Below are positions 25,306 through 35,500 of a DNA stretch of 64,000 bases, one piece after another. A model generated the notes under the pieces. That model did no database searches, was not told where the DNA came from, and was given only the letters and a program-made list of their open reading frames with translations. The DNA is from Zootoca vivipara (taxonomy: Eukaryota). The translations under genes and the position numbers were made by a program. The stretch spans positions 22,010,001-22,074,000 of the forward strand of contig NC_083288.1 of assembly GCF_963506605.1 (NCBI RefSeq). The letters run 5' to 3'. How positions within the stretch are numbered: the stretch's first letter is position 1; each line of letters opens with the position of its first letter.

Positions 25306-25474
25306 TTCACACTTAATAAAGCATCATCATTTTATAATACAGATCTATGGTGGAATTGGCTTATTAGACACATCTCTGTATTTTTCTTTTTCAAGCGAAT
25401 ATATGATCTCAGGCTCGAGTAGCAGTTTCTCCTATGAGTAAGAAGTAAAACTTAAGTGTTGTTATTGCAATATA

Positions 25475-25650
25475 TTAAAACCTCAGAAGAGCCTGCTGGA
25501 TCGGGCAAAGGCCCACCTAGTCCAGCATCCTGTTCTCACAGGGGCCAATCAGATGCTTCTGGGAAACCAGCAAGCCGGATTTCAGCACAGGAGTCCTCTA
25601 TGCCCTCCTGTGCTTTGCAGAAACTAGTATTAATAAGCATTATTGCCTAG
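25475..25650 (-). mobile_element. Old CR1-type 3' UTR fragment
   Basis: agaagagcctgctggatc...ctagtccagcatcctgttctcacag; related copies near 5950-6050, 15360-15482 and 39120-39480. Confidence 0.6.
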
Positions 25651-25694
25651 GACGCCTAGGACTGCGAGGGGGACTCTACTGCTCTAGCAACCTT

Positions 25695-26195
25695 GATATG
25701 TGGTCATCTAGCCTCTGCTTAAAAGACTCCAGCAAAGGAAAGTTCACCACCTTCCAAGAGAGGCAGTCGTGAAGTTATTCCTAATGTTTAGCCTTAATCC
25801 TTTTGTTTTGTAATTTCAACCCACTGGCTCAGGTCCTGCCCTAAGGAGCAAAAGAAAACAGATTTGCTCCATCACCTATGTGAAAAGCCTTTCAAATATT
25901 TGAAGATGGCTTATCACATTGTCTCATAATCCTAGCTTTCCCCAGGTGGTGCTTCACCATTCTTGCCTGCACTCCACTGGACATGTCCCAGTTTGTCAAT
26001 ATCATACTTTAACTGCTGTGCCCAGGACTGAACACAGAGATCTGACCCAAGCTGAAAAGAGTGGTAGCATTATAACTGGATACTATGCTTCTGTTGATGC
26101 AACCTAGGATTACATTAGCCCTTTTAGCCACCAGACTGCACTGCTGAGTCACGTTTAGCTTGCAATCTACAAAAGCCTGTAGATCCTATTCACCC
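25695..26195 (-). mobile_element. Older degenerate CR1 fragment
   Basis: Colinear but diverged relative to 24740-25300 (agcctctgcttaaaagactcc...tgtgcccaggactgaacacag...ctgttgatgcaacctaggatt). Confidence 0.6.
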
Positions 26196-27150
26196 ATTCT
26201 GTATTTGGGCACAAGTTATTAGAATTGGAGAATGCAAAACTGGGGGTGGGGGTGGGGAATCTAGGCCAGGCCATTTTATCTTCAAGCATGACTCGCCACA
26301 GCACATGCATGGACCTCAAGAGTGGGGTGGGTGGGTGGGAGAGAGAGATTTGAGTCCAAGGGCCACATGCCAGTAGTGGGAAGAGCCAGCAGCAAAAGTA
26401 GGTGGAGCATCAAGTGTTAATTTACTCAAACCTCCCATCTAGGCAAGCAAGCAAGCATGATCAGAGTTCAAGGGCACATTCCAGCCAGGCAAAAACATTC
26501 ACGGAAGGTGCAAAGCAGGGCTGGTGAAGGGAATGGCCTGGAAAGAAGCCCCAAGGGCCAGATAGAAAGGTATTGAGGACCACATTCATGCTCCCAGGCC
26601 AGTTTTTAGATCCTGTGGTACACTAACCCCTAAGGAGGGGCAGTATTTGTAGTGTGACACAAACAAATACGGCGGCAGCTGCAGCTGGCAAATAATGGCT
26701 TCGTGAGCCTGCATGCATGGATGCATGTTGGTTTTCCAGCTATTACATAGGGCTGCCAACCCATATGGAGACAACCACAAGCCTCTTCCTCAGCCAAGCG
26801 ACTACCTGCCTGCCACATCATCCTAAGTCAGCTTTTAGTTCAGGTCAGTGCTCAAGGTATAACTGTCAACCTAGGCAAGGAAGCAGAAAGGGTGAGATGC
26901 AGTGCACCAGATTCCACAGCACACTTGAACTGCCTCTGGACAGAAAGGGAAAACAGTCCTTTTACAGAGGAAATATTTTTCAAAGGGCTTTAGGAGGAGG
27001 AAGAGAAACCCTATAGTTACTGCTTCTATTGAGCAATTGTTCTTCTGTGATATGTGTTTTGTTTTGATTTTTAGAATATTGTGTTGTTTTATGGATTTTT
27101 ACCTGTTTGCCTTGTTGCACACTGCCCTGTGGGTTGCACAAAAGGTGATG

Positions 27151-27153
<3 letters not shown>

Positions 27154-27200
<47 letters not shown>
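27154..27200. repeat. (AT)n microsatellite
   Basis: Direct reading. Confidence 0.95.
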
Positions 27201-27202
<2 letters not shown>

Positions 27203-30200
27203 GCATATTCTTAGAGCCAGTCAGCGTGAAGTGCCGTAATTTTTAGTCAGCAGCCACTGAAGACTCAGCTGCTCATGCTGCACATTGGCCCCTTGTCAAA
27301 AGAAGTCCTGGGTTGTTGCTTGACCCTCGCCTGACCTGCCTACAGCTTTTTGGTCTTGGCCTTTGTCACTGTGATCAGCATATTGTTTGCTCTAGCTCTG
27401 TCGGACTCTGCACTCCCTGCTGCTCTCCACAAACCAAGCTTGTGTTCGGTCTTATTGGATCGCCCTTTCCAGGTGACCCTGGCTGTTCCAGCTTTGACCC
27501 CATGTGTTCAAGATCCTGTTACTGGTACAGCCTGTGTACCATCCTGTCCCAATCCAGTTATGGTTCTCAACCAAAGGAGAGGGATTTATCACCTGTGGAA
27601 CTCCAGGTACAGTACCCCATCCCCAAGGAGACATGCCTGTTGGCATCTGGCTATTTTAGGCTATTTTTATTCTATTTATTTATTTATTCATTTTATGCTA
27701 TTTTTTATTCTCGTTGTCATTGGTTTGTAGTTTAAAATAGCATTGTCAGGATGTTATATTTTAAAACAGTATAATTGAATGTTTTGCATTGCTCTGTTTA
27801 AAAAATATATATTAAAAAATGAAGGCTTTTGGCCAGGCACTGTCTCGCAGTTAACCTACCTCACAGGGGAGGTGTGTATGCCACCTTGAGCTCTTCAGAA
27901 AAAAGTGGATTAGAAATATATGTATTGCAAACATAACAGGAAAAAAAGAAACATGAGCTCACAAAAAATAAGAATAATCCATCAATTCTAATTTAAGCAT
28001 ATATAATGCTGCTTTACTTAATTAATATGCTTTGCTTATTTAATTTCTGTATGTTATTGATCAATTTAAATTGGTTTATTGTATATATTGTTGTTGTTCT
28101 GCTTGTAATTACATGGTAAACTACCCTGGAATAAACACTGTGAAGGGTGGTTTATAAATATCTTAAAACAAATAAAGAAAACTTCAGTAGACCATTCCTG
28201 ACTTGCCTGTATATCTATGCTATAAATCCAAACCTGCTGGAAACTGATCAACTGCCATGGCTTTCCTCCAAAAAATAATAATTGTCAGGGTGCTGTGATG
28301 TGTTTTATTAATATTAATGTTAATAACAGCTCAACAGTCAAATTGCATGTTATTCCAGAGATCTGTGAGTTGACCTGTCAACATTTTGATTTTGATTTTT
28401 TTTACTCCAAATGAGCCACTGAGGGAGAGAGCCCCAAATTCTTCCCGATCTTTGTGTGCAGGTATTTTCTTTGTGGGACTAACTCCAGGCTCTGGGGAGC
28501 AAATAGATCAGGAAAACGACGCGGGCAATGGTTTAGTGGTAACTGTTGAACTGCAGGAGCTTATAATGACAGCTCCCCATAGCCACAGTCCCCAAGGGAA
28601 TCCGATGCTTAGTTACCTCTGCATAGTTACCTGAAAGTGAACTCTGTTTCATTGAGTGGTGCTTACTTCTGACTGCACAGGTTCAACACTGGACAGAATC
28701 CCAACACAGAAATGGTGGTGGGGGAACCTCATAAGGGGTATTGGTGTGGCACACAATGGCATGAGCTCCAGCTTAATGGGGGGGGGCTGCTGCCTACATG
28801 GCCAAGTTGATAGCAGGGACCATAGGAATGGTCAACACTGAGGTTGCCCCAATTATTAGCCAACTCCCTGGTGGAAGCAGCTCAGCAAATGGCTGGGTGA
28901 TGATTAGGGTTGGCAGGTGAGCCCCAATGTTATGGTCAACCAACACTTTGTGTGTCTCATTTAAATGGGCATGCAATGGCCCCCATAAACATGCACGCAG
29001 CAATAGGAGGGGTCTTTGCTGCCTTCCTGCCCAGCATCTGGCTCTGCTGAGGCAGACACAACACGCCACAATGCCTGTGGGAAAACCATGTGCTGTTTTG
29101 GCCCCTGGAGAGTGGTAGGTCTGAGCCAGGTGTGGGGGAACCTCCCATCCCATTTGGCCCTCCCACAGCCCCCAAAGTTGAGCAAGGGAGTAGGGAGCAG
29201 TCTCTCCACCTTGCCAGTCAATGGACGTAGTAACCCACCCTTCTTCCCTCCCTCCAATTTCAGCCTCTGCTTTGAAGAAAACATGCACGCCCACTGAGCT
29301 CTAACCAAACACAAAACAAAACAAAACCTGAACCGTCAAAAGGTAACATTTAACTTTTAATTAGAAATCTGAGCAATATTGCAAAAGAAGTGTTACTCAT
29401 TGAACTGCTAGCAGCCTCATCAAAGGGGGGGTAGTTATTCCAATCTCTGCTCCATTATTTCTCCTATTTTTCTATGCAATTGTGCCACAAACAATACTAA
29501 AACTTGGAAGCCTTGTTATCTCCTCATTCACTCCAATTATCCTGGTGCTATGACAGACGACATCATTCCTCCTGCTCTGAAAAAAGTGCTTCCCTGCATC
29601 CTGCCTGCGCTATTATATACCGTGTTAATGCGCCAAATCAAGCACTACTGCTCCAAACAATTTCAGATCCTTCCAAAGACGTTTCAACATAAAAACAAAA
29701 ATGTTGGGAGAGCTAGTCACCAATCTCCCATGGAAAATGTTGTTTGGCTTAAAATCCCCTTATGGAACTACAGTTCCAGGAGATGCTCCTAAGTTGTGAG
29801 AAAAATCCACAGCCTAACGAAGAGAAAGGAACAGCAGGGCCAGCTGGCCCCTAAAAAAAACACCTGGGCTGTTCGCAAAACCACCACCATTTTCTGCTGG
29901 ATTTCTGCCAAGTTCTGTGAAATTTTCTGAGTCTGCAGAATCTACACAGCCCTGGCATAAACCATAGAAATGCTTCCTTGCTTGATTGTTTTTTCCCCCC
30001 TTTGAGGCACAACAGCAAGGAGCTTAAACAGTGCCAGGCATCAGAAGTCGTTTTGGAGCAAGCGCTTAATTATGAGGTCTCTTGAGAACATGATGCTGTA
30101 GAGGGCAGAAAGGCAGAAATGCAATAAGGCACATTATTATTTCTCATCTGAGAGGTGCTGGCTAGGACTAGAAAGATGAGAAGAGTGGGGCGGAAATCCA

Positions 30201-30240
30201 GCCCATTGACAAAAGGCCCCTGCAGACGTTATTTTTTACT

Positions 30241-30325
30241 AGTTACAGGTAGGTAGCCATGTTGGTCTGACGCAGTCAAAATAAAAATAAAAAATCCTTC
30301 CAGTAGCAACTTAGAGACCAACTAA
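30241..30325 (-). mobile_element. Penelope-like 3'-terminal stub (~85 bp)
   Basis: ttacaggtaggtagccatgttggtctgacgcagtcaaa...cagtagcaacttagagaccaactaag; 13-bp direct repeat gttattttttact (30228-30240, 30326-30338). Confidence 0.8.
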
Positions 30326-31471
30326 GTTATTTTTTACTGTGCATTCAAAAAGATCTGTGCTCATGATGCTATTGGGGTGGTTCAACACTATCAGCACCTG
30401 CAAAGGTTTGGGTGAGGGCGCATTGCTTCACTGACAATCAGTGCATGCACCATAACATCCTTCTGAAATCTTTTAACTTTTTAGACTGCAAATGCTGCAA
30501 GTTTGTTTTTAAGCTATATCACAAGGGTGCTCCCACAGATGTTGTTCATGCAGTAACACAGGGGAAGCATCAGAGAACTATGTGCGGACAATCCAGAATA
30601 AATCCATCACTAATGCACTACTATTATGTCAATGACATGCTGCAGAAAACACCCACTAAAAAAACAAAAACAAACCAAAGGCACTAGGGCTATCGGGGAG
30701 GCCCTCAGACAGCCAACCCTCAGAAGGACCTGTTAGTCTACCCATTACACATAAACATATGTAAGCAAACCCAAACAACCCTTTTATTTGAGGAAAAGCA
30801 GCTTCAGGAGGAGGGAGTTCTGGAACAAAGGGATGCCAAAAATGTAATGATTGAACAGGCGATCTGAACTGTGCCCTTGGTAAGCTGATCATAAACCTGG
30901 GAGAGGGAATCTAAAGTGCAAGTGTTTAAAAAGGCAATCTGAAGTTTTAAGTACTCCCCAGATTTCATGCAAGCAGATAAAATTTCAAATGGTTTGTAAT
31001 TTATCACAACTGCAAGGGTCAACAAGGGCAGAAAGGTCCTGCAATAGCTTCTGCGGCAAAGTGCCTCTAAGTGATGTAAGCTGTTCAAGCCTGCAGAATG
31101 CGAGGAAAAGGGGAAACGGTTTTCTCCCAAATCCATGCATGGTCCCCCTCTCGTTTCTTCAAGGTGGCCCCCTGGATCCTCCCTGATCTTGCTTACCTAT
31201 ACTTCCAGAAAGCGTTTGCACCAGGGCTGGCTCACCAATGAGACAAAAATGAATGGGCAGCAGGATCCACAGGGGCAGCAGATTCCACCTCTAAGGAATG
31301 CATCACTACCACCTGCTGTTGCTGCTGCTGCTGCTGCTGCTGCAATGGTGGCAGCCATGGCTGTGGCTCACTCCTTGGAGACGAGATTTGCCGCCTCCTC
31401 GGCAGCTCCACCCTATGCTGCTTCTACAGCGGTTTCTTGGCAAACAGGAGGTGCTGCTAGTCTCCTTACAC

Positions 31472-31699
31472 CAGGGGTAGTCAACTTAAGGCCCGTGGGC
31501 CGGGTGCGGCCCAATCTCCTTTTCAATCCAGCCCACGGCCGGCCGGGAATCAGCGTTTTTACATGAGTAGAATGTGTGCTTTTATTTAAAATGCATCTCT
31601 GGGTTATTGGGGGGGGGCATAGGAATTCGTTCTTTTTCCCAAAAAAATATATTCCGGCCCACCACATGGCCCACGATTGAAAAAGGTTGCTGACCCCTG
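31472..31699. mobile_element. hAT-Charlie-type non-autonomous DNA transposon
   Basis: Ends caggggtagtcaac / gttgctgacccctg; imperfect 8-bp TSD ccttacac/tcttatac. Confidence 0.8.
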
Positions 31700-32154
31700 T
31701 CTTATACCCTTGTTCCCAATGTAGATCTTTATTTCCCCCTTGTTCCTGATGTAGACCCTCAGCCATCCATTATTCTATGGTGGGAGGTGGGATGGGGGGA
31801 CCATTTTCTGGTTCGCCTCAAGCGCCAAAACGTCTTGGCACAATGGTTTGCACAATGGTCAACTGACTGCCTATTACTTGGTGGTTATGTACACACTATA
31901 CCTTTGACATTTATTGGAAGCACATTCTTTCCCTCAAAGAATTCTGGGCCCTGTAGTCTATATACTGCATATCCATTTTAAAAAAACCTCTAAGAAGTTT
32001 ACATAAGACAAAATAAAGCATATGTACTGAAAAATACAGATGAAACCAAATGTTTAAGACAATGTGACCTAAAAATCAGTATTTATTTTTTTAAAAATAT
32101 ATACATAATAAAATAAAAAGACATGTCTGGGCAGGCTTGGCTAAATACAAAAAA

Positions 32155-32385
32155 AGAGTTTTAGCAGGCACCAAAAGCCATACAGTTAATGGGTAATGCC
32201 TAATGGGTAGAGAGTGCAGGCAGTGCAACCCAGAATAACAGATTCCTTGCACATTCATAATAAACATTATGTGGCATTTGTAAAAGTGTCAGTTCCAAAG
32301 ACTGAAGCAGCCGAGTAGACATATATGGCGTAAGGGAATCCTTCAAGTAAACTGGTCCCACGTTGTTGAGGACTTTATACACTGG
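32155..32385 (-). mobile_element. Ancient L2 3' fragment
   Basis: Translates VYKVLNNVGPVYLKDSL, homologous to the L2 C-terminus. Confidence 0.55.
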
Positions 32386-32868
32386 TAGTAATAGCGCACA
32401 TAGCAACTTATACTTTTTCAAAACATTTCATTATGGTGCAAAACTTGCTAACAAGGGTGCCAATAAGGGCTACTTGTGCCCTGCAGCAGACAGGAACTAG
32501 TAGCACACTGAAACTTATCCCACAAATTACCAGCTATAACTGCAAATGTTTCCAGACTGGAGTACCAGCAAACATCAACAGCAAAGGCATAGTAAAGTAG
32601 TGTCTAGCTAGGACCAGGGGAAAGGTAAAGGTAAAGGGCCCCTGACAGTTAAGTCCAGTCACTTTTTTCTGGGTCATGTGGCCAGCATGACTAAGCCACT
32701 TCTGGCCAAACCAGAGCAGCGCACGGAAATGCCATTTACCTTCCCGGCAGAGCGGTACCTATTTACCTACTTGCACTTTGACGTGCTTTTGAACTGCTAG
32801 GTTGGCAGGAGCTGGGACCGAGCAATTGGAGCTCACCCCATCGTGGTGAGCTCCCATTGGATTTGAAT

Positions 32869-33126
32869 CAGGGCCAGCTCTACGGCCAGGCTGGGTGGCG
32901 CAGGGCGCCACGGCGCCGGCCCGCCAGGGGGGGTGCCATGCAGCCACGCCTGCCCGCCCGCCGGCCGCTCCGCCGCGCAGCAAGCCTGTGCGCCCGCCCG
33001 TCGCGCAGCAGCACCCTCGGCGACCGCGCTGCGCGCTGAGCCTGCCCGCCCACCCGCCGCACTGGAAAACAGGGCGGCGGAGGGATCTGTTGCACCACGG
33101 CACCAGAGGTGCTTAAGACGGCCCTG
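32869..33126. mobile_element. GC-rich hAT-type MITE
   Basis: Ends cagggcc.../...ggccctg; 8-bp TSD atttgaat/attcgaac (6/8 match); very CpG-rich interior. Confidence 0.75.
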
Positions 33127-33146
33127 ATTCGAACCACCAACCTTCC

Positions 33147-35233
33147 TTTTTTTTTTTTTTTAAACATACTTTTTATTAATTTTACAAAATACAAAAAAAC
33201 AAAAAAAACGGTACATACTTAAACCCCTTTTCCACCTCCTTCCTACCCACCCACATGGGTCCTCCCCTGCCACAGAAGTATCCCATGTTTGTGAACAGTC
33301 AGAAATGGTCCATTTTATGCTTGGATTTCTGTCCTCCTCCCCCTCCCCTGACCCCAAAGCCCCCCCCTGCCACCAGGGAGCTCCAGCAAACCAGGGCAGT
33401 ACGCAGGAGGACATCCATCCAACCATCTATTGTTATACCAAAAAAAGAGAAAAATAGAAATAGGAAAAAAAGGGGAAAAAGAAAGGGCGAAGAAAAAAAA
33501 GAAAAAGAAAAAAACAATACAAAACAGAAAAATTTTTCTTGCATTCATAGTTGAAAAACCATATTTTATGGGCTTCCCCTCCCCCCCTTCCCCGGTTTTC
33601 ATCCCTTTTTTATCATCTGCAACAGTTTCTTACTTTATAAAAATACACCTTTGTATCTTATACAACTTATAAATCAATTGTTAACATTTTCATCTAATAT
33701 TCAAATCACTGAAAATTCAAACTCCCATTTTCTCTTCCCGTGCCTAATTTTTTTTTTCTCCCTCTATAAGCCTCCATATTTTCACATTTTCCAAAATCCA
33801 TTCACTTTTAAAACTATAACTATTCTCAATTTAACCTTACATCCCCGATTACCGGCTCCACCCCCCCAATCCAGCAAATTCCAAAATCAGCAGACCAGTT
33901 ATAAACCTGTTAATCCATCCTTATAATCACAACATCACTTTCCCTTCACCCCACCCCCTGTTTACAGTCTCTTGCCATCCAGGTCACCATACAGGACCCC
34001 TGAATTTCTTCTCTTCTCTGCATATTTTTTCCTTCTTCCCTGTGGGCGTTCTGGAGTTCCAATAATACCAATCGTGCCCCCCTCAAAGACAGGGCACTCC
34101 ATCCAACTTTTTGTAGAGTAGAGTCATCATTTTTTTCATGGTGTGTTTCATTTTGTGTTGAATCATCACAGTCCTCATCTTCATCTTTTCCTTCCCCATC
34201 ATTGTCATTCTCACATTGCTCTTTTTCAGTGTCAAAAGCTTCATCTCCTAGAAAATCATATTCCGCCATCACCTCCTGAAATTTCTGCTGTAACTCCTGT
34301 CGTCGTGTCTCCTCTTGACATAACTCTATTCTTGTTTCCCACATTAAGGTCAAAACAGACCGCTGGAACTCAGGGGGACACCCTTTTGTTGACATATTTC
34401 AGTCCTGCCAAGGTCAAAACTCATCACGTGGGGTGGAATATGATCACAGTTTATTTTCTCGACTCCATTTTAACAAGCTGGCTGCATTCTTCAAGTCTTG
34501 TTAACAATAAAGTTCGAACTCACATTTCACAAGCACTTAAGCCAAAAAAGAAATTCCACAAAGTCCAGAAATACAAAGTGAAGTAAAAATTGACTTATAA
34601 ATCCTGATCAACTCACTGAATTGCCTAGGCTGCCGGCTCCCGAGGGAAAGAAAGGTTTTTCTTAGGCTTTACCTCATTGCTGCAGGGCAGTCATAAACCA
34701 CAGTCTCTCTCCCCTTTTCACCCTGCATCAAAGGGGATATTCTCTTTGATGCCCTTGAGGGATCCTTCTGAACTACAAATCCCCTGTCCATGGCTTCGGG
34801 CTTCCACCCACCGTCTCTTTGTTGCCGTGGGGGGGGGTGGCTTCCTCTTTTCTCCCCTCTCTCCCAGACCAAACCGTTCTACAATCCAAATCGTGAGGTT
34901 ACTTACAGTCTTTTCCAATCGTTTTATTTTCGGAAGAATCCAGCGCTCTCCGCCTTCGGCTTGAAGCTTCTCCCTGCTAGAATAACGTTGCCGCTCAAAA
35001 TGGCCCCCGCGACTTCTACCCTCCTCGCTCCGGAGCTCTTATTAGAGCTAACCGAAGAGTTGGGGAGTCCGGATTGGGTCTGTGCCGAGCAAATTGCCCT
35101 CGGGACGCCCTTCCCGAGGTTCTAAGGGGCGCAGCGTTGCTCTCGCTGCCCTCCCCACTCCTAGCAGAGACGGGCCGTCTCGGAGACGAGACGAAACCCC
35201 GCCGATCGACGCTGGCGCTGAATCCGGAAGCCC
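33147..35233 (-). mobile_element. Non-autonomous poly(A) retroposon, L1-like, 2.1 kb, no RT
   Basis: Poly(T) on the plus strand at 33147-33161, AATAAA on the minus strand near 33172-33177; perfect 18-bp TSD tcgaaccaccaaccttcc (33129-33146, 35234-35251); CpG-rich 5' leader ~34940-35233. Confidence 0.85.
33946..34395 (-). CDS. 149-aa acidic, helical ORF inside the retroposon; unknown function (possible ORF1 remnant)
   Basis: ATG-initiated, in the element's sense orientation; ELCQEETRRQELQQKFQEVMAE helical segment and a D/E-rich tract. Confidence 0.35.
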   Translation of the reverse strand: MSTKGCPPEFQRSVLTLMWETRIELCQEETRRQELQQKFQEVMAEYDFLGDEAFDTEKEQCENDNDGEGKDEDEDCDDSTQNETHHEKNDDSTLQKVGWSALSLRGARLVLLELQNAHREEGKNMQRREEIQGSCMVTWMARDCKQGVG

Positions 35234-35410
35234 TCGAACCACCAACCTTCCAATCAGCAAGCCCTAGGCTCAGTGGTTTAGACCACAGCGTCACCCGGGA
35301 AACCCAGCTTCAAATCCTGATTTAGACAAGAAACTCACTAGGAGATCATGGGTTAGTTATAAATGCTTATAAATCTTCCTCACAGGGCTCTTGTGAGGAT
35401 TAGATGGTGG

Positions 35411-35500
35411 CATAGCTGCCAAGTTCTCCCTTTTTTTAAGGGAAATTCCATTATGCTGAATAGTCTTCCTCGCGAGAAAAGGGAAAACTTGGCAGCTATG
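35411..35500. mobile_element. 90-bp hAT-type MITE, copy 3
   Basis: Same TIR; perfect 8-bp TSD gatggtgg (35403-35410, 35501-35508). Confidence 0.9.

Larger units (their letters stand above)
32620..35297 (-). mobile_element. Sauria SINE split in two (32620-32868 and ~35234-35297) by nested insertions
   Basis: Tail and body at 32620-32868; the head resumes at 35234 (gaaccaccaaccttccaatcagcaagccctaggctcagtggtttagaccacagcgtcacc). Confidence 0.9.

Noticed and set aside
32759-33194. GC-rich ORFs or a CpG-island promoter
   Set aside because: They lie in a TIR- and TSD-bounded MITE; the ORFs reflect GC content.
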